A program made the position numbers and the translations under genes. 64,000 bases of DNA, from contig CAXHJY010001097.1 in NCBI GenBank assembly GCA_964016885.1, positions 62,001-126,000 of the forward strand. Direction: 5' to 3'. This document shows, one piece after another, positions 40,646-54,279 of the stretch. The first letter of the stretch is position 1, and each line of letters begins with the position of its first letter. This DNA is from Eledone cirrhosa (Eukaryota). Below the pieces are notes generated by a model. The model was not told where the DNA came from and did not search any database. It worked only from the letters and a program-made list of their open reading frames with translations.

Positions 40646-41026
40646 TATTGGTAAACGGAATAGAAAATGCTGACAAATTGTTCACAGTTGAAAAATGGTT
40701 TAATTAGGAATAAAAGAGTATTAGTGATTGTATGGGTTAGTATTCAGTTGTGGTTTTAAGTTTTTAAGTTTTTACCGGTTGCGCATTTCTAAATGCTTTT
40801 CAAAAATAATTTTGAGATAGAGTGTCCGTGTTGATCAGAGCAAACAACACGGACACTCTATCTCAAAATTATTTTTGAAAAGCATTTAGAAATGCGCAAC
40901 CGGTAAAAACTTAAAAACTTAAAACCACAACTGAATACTAACCCATACAATCACTAATACTCTTTTATTCCTAATTAAACCATTTTTCAACTGTGAATAA
41001 TTTGTCAGCATTTTCTATTCCGTTTA

Positions 41027-41031
<5 letters not shown>
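40646..41031. mobile_element. Near-perfect ~190-bp-arm palindromic element with hammerhead-like cores, left arm only
   Basis: Arms mirror around atcagagcaaa (~40838); a single-arm copy lies at 8332-8521. Confidence 0.75.
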
Positions 41032-41087
<56 letters not shown>

Positions 41088-41729
41088 TCTCATGTATACA
41101 CACAGATACTCACATTCACATATATATATTTATATAGTAAAGCACTTTACTATTAGGATTATATATATCTATATATGTTGCCTTGGCTGCTATTTCTAGG
41201 GCTAAAATTAACACCGGAAGTGGACAAGATGAAAAAAGTTAGCTAAAATCCAGTCTCAACTTTTTAAACGATAGATTTTTTTATGTCAACAAACGGAGAA
41301 TATTTGGCAAGAAAGATAACTCTTGTCTTACTTAAAGCCGGAAATTGAGTTAAAAATTTTGCGGGTCTGCAGTTTATATAAACCTTCTTATTTGGTCTTG
41401 TTAACTGGCATTTGACTGCTGTTTCTAGCATATATTAATAGACACTTTAGAAATAGCAGCCAAAAGTCAGCTAACAACACTATAGGAAACACCAGAAAGA
41501 AGGACCCATGTACACACACACACATATATATATATATGTACATGAGTGTGTGTGTGTGTATATATATATACATGTACACACACACAGACATCTGTGTGTG
41601 CGTTTATATATATATATATATACACAGACACGCACAAATATATTAATATATGTGAGTATATATATATAATATATGTATGTATGCATGTGTGTGTATATAT
41701 GTGTATGTGTACGTATTCATACATACATA

Positions 41730-41761
<32 letters not shown>

Positions 41762-41864
41762 CATATATATGTATATATATATATATATACATATATATGT
41801 ATATATATATATATATACATATATATGTATATATATAAAGTATATATATATACATATATATATG

Positions 41865-41920
<56 letters not shown>

Positions 41921-42028
41921 GGGGGAGGGGGTTGTATATAAATATTCACACACACATACACATAGATATACATATACTGTATATATATATACATATACAT
42001 ATATATCATATACACACATATACTGTAT

Positions 42029-42062
<34 letters not shown>

Positions 42063-42078
42063 ATGTATATGTATATAC

Positions 42079-42112
<34 letters not shown>

Positions 42113-42776
42113 GCATATATATATATATATATATACATATATATGTATGTATGAATACGTACACATACACATATATACACACATGCATATATTATATATA
42201 TATATACGCACATATATTAATATATTTGTGCGTGTGTGTATATATATATATATATATATAAACACACACACAGATGTCTGTGTGTGTGTACATGTATATA
42301 TATATACACACACACACACTCATGTACATATATATATATATGTGTGTGTGTGCATGAGTCCTTCTTTCTGGTGTTTCCTATAGTGTTGTTAGCTGACTTT
42401 TGGCTGCTATTTCTAAAGTGTCTATTAATATATGCTAGAAATAGCAGTCAAATGCCAGTTAACAAGACCAAATAAGAAGGTTTATATAAACTGCAGACCC
42501 GCAAAATTTGTAACTCAATTTCCGGCTTTAAGTAAGACAAGAGTTATCTTTCTTGCCAAATATTCTCCGTTTGTTGACATAAAAAAATCTATTGTTTAAA
42601 AAGTTGAGACTGAATTTTAGCTAACTTTTTCATCTTGTCCACTTCCGGTTTTAATTTTAGCCCTAGAAATAGCAGCCAAGGCAACATATATAGATATATA
42701 TAATCCTAATAGTAAAGTGCTTTACTATATAAATAGATATATATGAATGTGTGTATACGTGTGTATGCATGAGAGC

Positions 42777-42809
<33 letters not shown>

Positions 42810-43289
42810 CTAGAAAGTGATGTTTTATTTTACAAAATGAAAAATAATCGAGGTGTCCTACACGAGAGAAAGTATAAAGAAAAAAAGATGAAATCGAAAA
42901 TGCAACTGGAGTCTTATTTTTAATAAAATATATATATTTATTTGGTTCTTTACCGGTTTCGCAGTTCTTCTGCTTTTCAAAAGTAGAGTTGAGATGGAGG
43001 GTCTGTGGTTTTCCTCACATGAGAAAAACCACACACCCTCCATCTCAACTCTACTTTTGAAAGGCAGAAGAACTGCGAAACTGGTAAAGGAACCAAATAA
43101 ATATATATATTTTTTTAAATAAGACTCCAGTTGCATTTTCGATTTCATCTTTTTTTCTATATATATATATATATGTATCATCATCATCATCATCATTTTA
43201 CGTCCATTTTTCCCTGTTTGCAGGGGTAGGATAGGAACTGATTCTGGATTGATTTCTACAGCTGGATGCCCTTCCTAAAACCAACCTCC

Positions 43290-43346
<57 letters not shown>

Positions 43347-43354
43347 GTTATATG

Positions 43355-43403
<49 letters not shown>

Positions 43404-44186
43404 AAAATTAAAATTAAGGGTTGTCATGTCTGAGAGACATGCGCCATATCCATCGTAGAATAAGCTCAAAGATTAAATCCGAGCATTACATATCAACTAG
43501 AAATAGATTGAGATATATATATATATAATAAATACATGAAACAATCACAGGGAATAATTTGTAAAGAATGTAGGCACACATAGCTAGGTAGGTAACTAAT
43601 TAAAGCTTGACTAGAACTTCAAATATAGATACCTTTTAAAATGATTAATCTCCTTTGTATATATTTCTTTAAGTAAGAAATATATTTCACCTATTAATCC
43701 GTAAATCACAGCAGTTAAATATTTGGATATTCACCAAAGGAGAAGAAGATAACCATCTGCGTTTACACAGCAAATGCAAATCTGCAAATCATTTTAACCA
43801 CGTGTTGCATTTGAACCACGTGTTGCCACGGGGATGACGTGGTTCAACGAGTGTATTTTTAAAAACGGAATGAGGGGTACACACACACATACACACACAC
43901 ACACATATATATATATATATGTGTGTATATATACATACATATATATATATATAAAGAATTAGTATATCTACCAACATATATATACAGATGCATACCTATG
44001 CTAGCAAATATATAGGTTTTGTCTTAGTAACTTTGTGGTTCAATGCAAGGGGATGCAGAACAATTATATGAAAGACGTAAAATAAGAAAATTATAAAAAT
44101 TAACTTACTTACTAAAATTTCACTCTTTTTTAAGTTAAATTTTATAATTTTCTTATTTTACGTCTTTCATATATATATATATATAT

Positions 44187-44509
44187 TAGAAAGTGAGGGT
44201 TTTTTTTTACAAAATGAAAAATAACCGAGGTGTCCTACACGAGTGAAAGTATAAAGAAAAAGAGATGAAATCGAAAATGCAACTGAAGTCTTATTTTTTT
44301 AAAAGTACCAGTAATGTACCAGCCACTTTTTCCATATAAAACAAGTAACATTCAGAGACCAACCAGATGTGAGAAAAACCACAGACCCTCCATCTCAACT
44401 CACCTTTTGAAAAGCAGAAGAACTGCGAAACCGGTAAAGGAACCAAATAAATATATATATTTAAAAAAAAAATAAGACTTCAGTTGCATTTTCGATTTCA
44501 TCTCTTTTT

Positions 44510-44515
<6 letters not shown>
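44187..44515. mobile_element. Third copy of the 39951 element family with a different inversion point, right arm only
   Basis: Inverted tail 44187-44300 then a forward copy with cctt-TTGAAAA-gcag..ctgc-GAAA-CCGG-TA-aagg at 44403-44440. Confidence 0.7.
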
Positions 44516-44601
<86 letters not shown>

Positions 44602-45136
44602 AAAATGGGGAGAAGAATACTGCATGGTTGCACATGGATAACATGTTATAAAATGAGTCCCTCATCAGTGATTTGCCAACGATCATTGGTATTTCATCGC
44701 ATTAAAAATCATATACCTGACGTTGGTGAGAAAATAACTAAAATAAGTTATTAGGACAATTGAAACGCGTAAAGCGAGTGAGACAAGTAAACAACACAGG
44801 GGAAAGCTAACCGAAGATGGAAAGAAACACAAGCAACATGGTTATTCTTTCAGCATAATTGTATATATATATATACAATATATTACCAAATGGAAACTAT
44901 ATTTATAAAACCATATTTATTTTATTATACATATTTCAAGGGCCACATTCTTTAGGATCTCTTCTCTAAAAGACATTGTGGCCCTTGAAATATGTATAAT
45001 AAAATAAATATGGTTTTATAAATATAGTTTCCATTTATTAATATATTGTGTAGTTACAACACTAAGTGTTGAGTGCTTTATATCAGTTATGAAAATGTTT
45101 AAGCTTGTTGAATCCCAACAAATTAAATATAACCTC

Positions 45137-45175
<39 letters not shown>

Positions 45176-46299
45176 TAAAATAACAGATTAAAGTTTAAGC
45201 AAAGAATCGCTGCTTTCACCCTAAATGGGATCTTCTGAAAAAATTTTAATAAATATTTGCTCTACGGTTCTTATATATTTATCCTTATCGAGCTCTCTTT
45301 GGATTTTAGTCTTCACATTTATTATTATTACTATCATCATCATCGTTTAACGTCCATATTCCACGCTTGCATGGGTTTGGACAGGAGTTTTCCCACTTGA
45401 GGCAAGAGTGGTTGTCTTGCTCACATAGGACTGTCTGGTGGGTTTTCTACGGCTGGATGCCCTTCCTAACACCAACCACATTTACAGTGTGGAACTGCAG
45501 GTTTTTACCATGTTACCTACACGGCCACATTACAGCGTGGACTGTGTGTTTTTTTTTTGTCGTGACACCTACACGACCTCATTTGTACTATATATATATA
45601 TAGAAATAATAATAAATTTGAAGACTAAAATATATATATATATGATAATAATAATAATTGTTATTAAATAAAAAGGACGATTTGTTGTCTTAAGTGGTCC
45701 CCAACATTTTCTGCTTCAAATTAACCCCTATTATATACAAATTGCAACGTATACCTTCCTGCCAGATGGTTGAACGTCCGAAAGTATATAATTTCCTTAT
45801 GCATATTAACGGCTGAGTAGCCCAATTTGCATATCAGCAGGAAGGTATACGTTGCTGACAATAGCTAACAAGCTTGAAACTAGTACAGCGTTCCTTTGTC
45901 ACTGTTGAACAAACGAGCAACGATGGTTGCTGGACACTACGGCTTAATTCGGGATGTTTGTTTACAAACACACCGAGCATTGTAATGAATGTTTGGTGAA
46001 TCCATACGTACATATATATATGTGTGCATGTATGTATATATATATACATACTACTGTACGTCTGTATACATATATGTATGTACGTATACATACTTATATT
46101 TAAGTTACAGCCGTACTAAGAGTGGGAAATGAAATTTTGTTTCATTTTTTTCGTTTATATATATATATGTGAAGTAATTCCGTCGGAAAAGTCCAGGAAA
46201 AAAGAGTGCTCTATGTAGGTGACAGAGCTTAATAGTTATGTAATAAACAACATAAGGCAATTATTTCATTTACCAGTGGTTTCTTAAAAGCAAAAAAAT

Positions 46300-47035
46300 T
46301 TTAGAGAGTGAGGTACCACAGACATCACAGTGATATGATTCCTCTCCTGTATATGTTAGTGTGTAGTGAAGCAACAACATTTAGAGAGTGAGGTACCACA
46401 GATATCACAGTGATATAGTTCCTCTCCTGTATATGTTAGTGTGTAGTGAAGCCACAACATTTAGAGAGTGAGGTACCGCAGATATCACAGTGATATGGTT
46501 CCTCACCTGTATATGTTAGTGTGTAGTGAAGCCACAACATTTAGAGAGTGAGGTACCACAGATATCACAGTGATATAGTTCCTCTCCTGTATATGTTAGT
46601 GTGTAGTGAAGCCACAACATTTAGAGAGTGAGGTACCACAGACACCACAGTGATATGGTTCCTCTCCTGTATATGTTAGTGTGTAGTAAAGTCACAGAAT
46701 TTAGAGAGTGAGGTACCACAGACATCACAGTGATATGGTTCCTCTCCTGTATATGTTAGTATGTAGTGAAGCCACAACTTTTAGAGAGTGAGGTACCACA
46801 GATATCACAGTGATATAGTTCCTCTCCTGTATATGTTAGTGTGTAGTGAAGCCACAACATTTAGAGAGTGAGGTACCACAGACACCACAGTGATATGGTT
46901 CCTCTCCTGTATATGTTAGTGTGTAGTAAAGTCACAGAATTTAGAGAAGCATTTACCACAGACATCACAGTGATATAGTTCCTCTCCTGTATATGTTAGT
47001 GTCTAGTGAAGCCACAACATTTAGAGAAAGATTTA
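46300..47035 (-). repeat. Mirror copy of the 80-bp ZNF-derived minisatellite, 9 copies
   Basis: cctc(t/a)cctgt recurs every 80 bp from 46341 to 46981. Confidence 0.9.
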
Positions 47036-49005
47036 CCAAATATATCAAAGTGATATGGCTTCCGAGCTTTATGTATATGTTTGTGTGTAGTTAATGTAAC
47101 ATTCAAAGAGAATGGTTTCTCTCACATGTCACAATGAGCTAATACCGCTGCTGGACACAAAAAGTTTCTCTAAAAATGAAAGGCAGGTTGTATGATGCGT
47201 GCATACGAACAGCAATGTTACATGGCAGTGAGACATGGGCATTGTGTGCAGAGGACCTGCACAGATTGGAAAGGAACGAAGCATGCATGCTCTGTTGGAC
47301 GTGTAATTGTAATATACATGAACGGGAAAACATAAATGAACTAAGTGAGAATTAGGAATAAGAGGGATCAGATGCTGTTTACTTGAGAGAAGGTTACGTT
47401 GGTATGGTCATGTGATGCGCATGAAAGATGACAGCTTTATAAAAAAGTGCAGGGTGATCAAATTTGATGGAAGTTACGGAGTAGGTAGACCCAGAAAAAC
47501 CTGAGACGACATAAAATCCAACCTTGCACACTTACACCTCTCTAAGACAATGTCACTGGATTGAGATATATGGTGCCACACAGTAACAGAGAAGACCTGC
47601 CTTGCCTACGTGCAAAGTTAACCTACAGTCAGTAGGCCCCCTCCTCACCAAATATACACCCCAACCCACAACCCCTACTCCATCCTCCCACTCCCACCAA
47701 CACCACCCTGTCTCTGTAAAGTTATGTTGGTACCACAACATCCAGTCCAAACTAAAGAGGTAGTGTAGGTGTCATCACGAAAAGACTCCCAGTCCACACT
47801 GGAAATGTGGTTGGTGTTAGGAAGGGCATCCAGCCTTAGAAAACCTGCCAGATACAGTCCTATACGCTCACCCGATCAATCTTGCCTCAAGTGGGAAAAT
47901 TCCCGTCTAACCCATGCTAGCGTGGAAGACAGACGTTAAATGATAACGATGATGATGATATATAGTGTATATAATAGTTGTAATGTCACTGGTGCTGATC
48001 TATATCAGCCTTTCCCTTGGACAACATGACATATAGTCTATATATATTGGACAATATTATATATAGTGTATATGTGGTGTGTATAGTAGTTGTGACAATA
48101 TTCTATATACATATGTACACACACACTGACAAACATGTATATACATATAGAAGGGTCGGATGAGAAGTTCATAGATTGACCAAGTTACTCTCATGGAATG
48201 AGATAATGTATACACACAAATATATACTATATATATGTATACAAACACATATATATTGTATAGTGAAGTCATACAACATATGGTAATATCATGTTTTCAA
48301 TTGTCAGTTAGGGAGGTACATTGTGTCCTTAAGCAAGACACATCATTCCACATGTCTCTAATCTCCACAGCTGAAAAAGACAAGTATCAGCTTTAGTTGG
48401 AGGTTTAGCATGGGTTGGATCATTCTCTGCCTCCAACATTTTCCCTGCAGCCACAAACCCAGGCTTTACTACCTGCAATAGAGAGAAGAGGGAGATAGTT
48501 ATATACTGGGGCCTGACTAACCACTCCTTCTTTGTCCCTACACTGCTGATTTCCTTCTCAAAATTAGAAAGACAGCAGCCCACTTGAGGAAGTAGTCCCA
48601 TGAGGTGGGGTGGATGTTGCAGTGGGGGTCTCTGGCTATTCTCTGTGGTAACACCTTTGCCATTTTGTCTGTAGGGTGGGGCTGAATCACAGCTCGACTG
48701 AAATATAAAGTCTGTCCCTCTCCCGTATTTTCGTTGGATTGGCAGTGTCGGTAGAGCGTCGGACGCCATGCTTTGTAGCATAGAGTTTCCTCCCCTTATG
48801 ATCTGAGTTCAAATCCCGCCAGAGTTCACTTTGTCTTTCATCCTTACGAGGTCGATAAAATAAAGTACCAGTAATACACTGCGATAATTGCTGGCCTTGT
48901 GCCAAAAGTATAAACAATTATTTTCGTTGTTTGATTCGTTTTTTTTATTTTATTACCTTTAATAATGTGTTTTGGTTTAATATGAACAGTCATATAAAAT
49001 TAATA

Positions 49006-49191
49006 ATTGTTGGTACGTCAGGCACAAGGCCAGCAAAAACCAGTGTATTACTGGTACTTTATTTTATCGACCCCGTAAGGATGAAAGGCAAAGTTAACCT
49101 CGACGGGATTTGAACTCAGAATGGCAAGGGCCGTAACTCTATGCGTCAAAGGATGGCGTCCGACCCTCAACCAATACTCCCAATCTACCGT
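49006..49191 (-). mobile_element. Young SINE, right arm only, with TSD atataaaattaataat
   Basis: TSD at ~48992 and ~49193; empty site at ~33685-33705; nearly identical to 33079-33263. Confidence 0.85.
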
Positions 49192-50702
49192 TATATAAAA
49201 TTAATAATGTTATTTATTCAAATCTGAATAAAGTACTAGCATATCTATTGAACGTATGAATCTAAACTATAATAAAAGGAGGGGCGTGGGATTGTGTACG
49301 GTTTATAATTGTTTACCCCATTAGTAAAATAAGTTGGATTACTTTGAATAAATAATGAATGAATATTAGATAATTTATCTACTAAATTTCGTGGCTGTTA
49401 ATTAAATATATTTTGTTTATTTAAAGATTCACTTCTTTAACATTTCTGAAATGTCAACACTTCCGGTTGGCCATCACTTCAATAAACTATTAATTTTCTG
49501 TCACTAAATTTCTCCTAATGCAGTTTATATATAATATCGTCTTTTTTAATGTATCATGGATTACGTTACTGATTACATAAGACAGTGTAACACAGTCTTT
49601 GTTCAATTTCTGTGTATTATATATTGTCAATTACGATTTTATTTGATGTATCATATCTACATGTATATATATATACTTGTGTATAATATCAATATACACA
49701 CTACACATGCTAGCAGAAAACTACCCGAAGGTAGTTTTCTGCTAGTTCATATAACGGAAATTGTTTCTGAATGTATTAAATTATGTGGGGGACTTTTAAG
49801 TGATGACACCGGTGTCAACTAGACGGTGAAATATTACCATTTATATCAGCTCCATTGTTACAACTTAAACCTCGTCTAATTTTATCTTTTATGGTGATTA
49901 TTTCATATTAAGGTGGACGTTAATGTTTGTAAATAACATGAGGTGACTTATTTACCTTATAGTTGTTGTTTTATCACCTGTATTATTAAATATTGAAGGG
50001 GTTGTTCAACATTTTACAGGACAGGAAAATATTATTTTAATCAGAAATCAGTGAATATTTAGTTTTTACTAACTTTTCTTGACTTTATATTTGGTCTTGA
50101 CAACTAAAGTACGTATTATTTCGTTTTCCACCACAACACAAGCATTGTGAACTTTTCTATCTGAAGTGAAATATCTTGATTTATTACAACACATACACAC
50201 ACACACGTCTTTTTATTTCTCTCTCTCATACCTACACACTGTATGTCTGTATATATATATGTATATATATTAACCTTCGTCTTTTGTAATTATGGATATT
50301 AATTCTCTTGTCACCTGAATTGTCCCCAATAACAAGAACTTTAACTATAGAAGTCTTATTCGTCTGTTTTATGAGCTGAGGATTTTATTGTGAATAGAGC
50401 TTCTCTCACCTTAACAATAATAATAGTGGTATATTCCACAATAATCACACACACACACACACATATATATAAGCACTTGCCTTTTCTTTATCCAAGATCA
50501 GTCTTACACTGACATATGTCTTATTACTTGTACCAACTAAATTCTACATTACAACTTTGTAGAAGAAGAAAGCAGACTTCTGCAGTCTTTTATGGACCCT
50601 TTGTATATTAGAATACATGGCATCTATTAACGATACCGACATTTCTTAATATATAAGTAAAAGTGGTGAGACTCCTTTATGTAAAGATCACTAGCTAGAA
50701 AT

Positions 50703-51809
50703 ATGTCTGAATGTAGCTGTGAGATTTGTAGGAAAACTTTCCCTTCAAAACTGAAACTATCCTCACACGAGAAAATACACAGTGGAGAAAAACACTTCCA
50801 TTGTGAAATATGTGGGAAATATTTTGTCTCGAACAGTGATTTAAAAAGGCATATAAGAACACACACTGGAGAAAAACCTTTTGCATGTGAAATATGTGGG
50901 AAATCCTTTTCTTGTAATTCTAGTCTTGTAGATCACAAAAGAACACACACAGGAGAAAAACCTTATTCATGTGAAATATGTGGGAAATCCTTTTCTTATA
51001 ATTCTAATCTTGTAGTTCACAAAAGAACACACACAGGAGAAAAACCTTATTCATGTGAAATATGTGGGAAATCTTTTTCTCAAGGTTCTAGTGTTGTACA
51101 ACACAAAAGAATACACACAGGAGAGAAACCCTTCCATTGTGAAATATGTGGGAAATCTTTTTCTCGTGGTCCTCATCTTGTAGATCACAAAAGAATACAC
51201 ACAGGAGAGAAACCTTATTCATGTGAAATATGTGGGAAATCTTATTCTCGTGGTCCTCATCTTGTAAAACACAAAAGAATACACACAGGAGAAAAACTTT
51301 ATTCATGTGAAATATGTAGGAAATCTTTTTCTTGTAATTCTAGTCTTGTCGATCACAAAAGAATACACACAGGAGAAAAACCTTATTCATGTGAAATATG
51401 TGGGAAATCTTTTTCTTGTAATTCTAGTCTTGTAAAACACATAAGAACACACACAGGAGAAAAACCTTATTCATGTAAAATATGTGGGAAATCCTTTTCT
51501 TGTAATTCTAGTCTTGTAGTTCACATAAGAACACACACAGGAGAAAAACCTTATTCATGTAAAATATGTGGGAAATCCTTTTCTTGTAATTCTCATCTTG
51601 TCGATCACAAAATAATACACATAGGAGAAAAACCTTTCCATTGTGAAATATGTTGGAAATCTTTTTCTAGTAATTCTACACTTGTAGATCACAAAAGAAT
51701 ACATACAGGAGAAAAACCCTTCCATTGTGAAATATCTGGGAAATCTTTTTCTCAAGGTTCTCATCTTGTAGATCACAAAAGAATACACACAGGAGAAAAA
51801 GCTTATTAA
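50703..51809 (+). CDS. Tandem C2H2 zinc-finger protein (368 aa, 13 fingers, last with C>S), paralogue C
   Basis: CEICGKSF-x5-L-x2-H-x3-H repeats with TGEKP linkers in one open frame; no effector domain visible. Confidence 0.85.
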   Translation: MSECSCEICRKTFPSKLKLSSHEKIHSGEKHFHCEICGKYFVSNSDLKRHIRTHTGEKPFACEICGKSFSCNSSLVDHKRTHTGEKPYSCEICGKSFSYNSNLVVHKRTHTGEKPYSCEICGKSFSQGSSVVQHKRIHTGEKPFHCEICGKSFSRGPHLVDHKRIHTGEKPYSCEICGKSYSRGPHLVKHKRIHTGEKLYSCEICRKSFSCNSSLVDHKRIHTGEKPYSCEICGKSFSCNSSLVKHIRTHTGEKPYSCKICGKSFSCNSSLVVHIRTHTGEKPYSCKICGKSFSCNSHLVDHKIIHIGEKPFHCEICWKSFSSNSTLVDHKRIHTGEKPFHCEISGKSFSQGSHLVDHKRIHTGEKAY

Positions 51810-52136
<327 letters not shown>

Positions 52137-54279
52137 ACCCCATCACTGTGAAATGTGAAACACACAAATATACAGACACACTCTGGAAGGAAGAATATAA
52201 AATGTGAAGCTTGAAAAATCCTTATCTTATACTTATCATCATCACCGTTTTACGTCATGTGAATTCGTCTTGCTCGTACGGGAACTGATTTTGGCTTGAT
52301 TTCTACAGCTTGATGTCCTTCTTAACACAAAACCTTTTTTTTACCATGGTGCCTACACAGCCACTTTACTCTGGGGGCTGGGGGCTTTTTTGTTGACCAC
52401 TTTGCAGTGGGCGGGGATGGGGACATGTTTGTCTATATGCTTCAGCTTCGGCTTGTAGCCGTGTGAAGTCAGGTCTTCTGTATTACTGCATGATGCCAGA
52501 GGGCACCGTCCTGCGTCATCACTTTTGAGAGGTGCAATTGGGCAAGGTCAGCTTTTATCACCTCATCCCGGGTCTTCCTGGATCTCCCCACTCCAAGGCT
52601 TCCAGCGAAATTTAGTGCTCTGCACCTTTTAATGCAGCTGTCATCCTTCATATGCATCTATATATATATATACTCTATCAAATGGAAGAAGTATACTGCC
52701 ATATATTGAAGATTACTACAATAACTAGGGAGCGAAGGACAAGATATGCCAGACATTCCTACCAATGAATGGATGACCTGATGATCTGGCTCCTGTGGTG
52801 GATACCTAAACATAGTAAGACCCTAGTGAGATGACTGAAAATGACCTACATAGATCAGATGTCTAGGGATGTTCTACTGGGGATTAATGATCTCAAGAAT
52901 GCCACAAAATAATAATATATATTAATGAACATTTATTATGGTGAAATATGTTGGAAATTATTCTCAGGTTTTGTATTGTAGTCCACAAATACACCATGTA
53001 GAGAGTTCTACTTCATATTTGTCATTAAGGTTTCTTATAGAGACACAATCTTATTTTATTGGTGATGGTGGTGGATTGGCAGAGTCAGTAGAGTGTCAGA
53101 CGATATGCTTTGTGTCATATGGTTACATCCATTTACGTTCTGTATTAAAATCCTGCTGAGGTTAGCTTTCTTCTTCCTCAGAGGTTCAGTAAAATAAAGT
53201 ACCAGTAATGCACTGAGTTAAAAGTAGAAACATTTATTTAAAGTCTATAAAGCAATGGATGGAATGCTTTCTGCCATATTTGTTCTGGTTCTCTGCTCTG
53301 AATTTAAATCCTGCTGAGGTCAACTTTGCCTTTCATCCATTCAAGGTTGATAACAAAAAAGTACCAGTCTACCACAGGGGTCTGCTCTTCCTCCCTATAT
53401 TTCTTTCTCACTTCCTCTCTCTCATTCTCTGGAAGAAATCACCTGTTCCAACCTGGTGAGTGAAGGGCTCCACCAAGCTTCAAATATCCACAGTGACACC
53501 CCTATGATTCCATCAGTGCAAGAAAAACAAAACAAGATTGTTGTGTTTATGTGTGTTATTTTACAAACACTAACTGGTTTATATTTATATTTATGACAAA
53601 ATATCCACATTTATGTGTAAATATAAACAATTTTATAACTTTAATATTTGTTGATGGTACTTTCATGACAGTTGAAATTATGACTTTTTTTTAGAAATAA
53701 TTCACATTTGAAAATACTTTACAACTTTCTTCTCTTGCCAAACAAGGGTTTGGTAGGACCCTTCAGTTCTGTCAAAGACATAACAACCTCTTTAGTACTG
53801 GTGCCCCAGTAGAATGTGGGAGAATATGTAAGAGAGATGTGGTCTACCATTGCACCCTGGTTTGTAAAGACCTGTCCCACCCTTGCTAGCAGGGAAAGTA
53901 GACATTAAATGATGATCTATGATGTCATTGGTGCCAAGTTGTTTCAGCTATTCCCTTGGACAACATTATATATAATGTGTATGTAGTATATATATAGTTT
54001 ATATATTGTCTATATGTAGCATATACTCTATATATGCAGTATTTATATATATTGTGTATATGTAGCCCGTACATATTATTTATATGTTTATATATAGTGT
54101 ATATATTGTGTATATGTAGCACATACTCTATATACATAGTATTTAAATGTAAATATATAGTGTATATATTGTGTATATGTAGCACATACACTATATACAT
54201 AGTATTTATATGTATATATATATAATGTATATTTTGTGTATATGTAGCACGTACACTATATACATAGTATTTATATGTA

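Noticed and set aside
41467-42475. Long YI-repeat ORFs
   Set aside because: (TA)n microsatellite translations.
44650-44780. Partial hammerhead words (ctcatcag; gaaacgcgta)
   Set aside because: The two halves are on opposite strands and I could not assemble stems.
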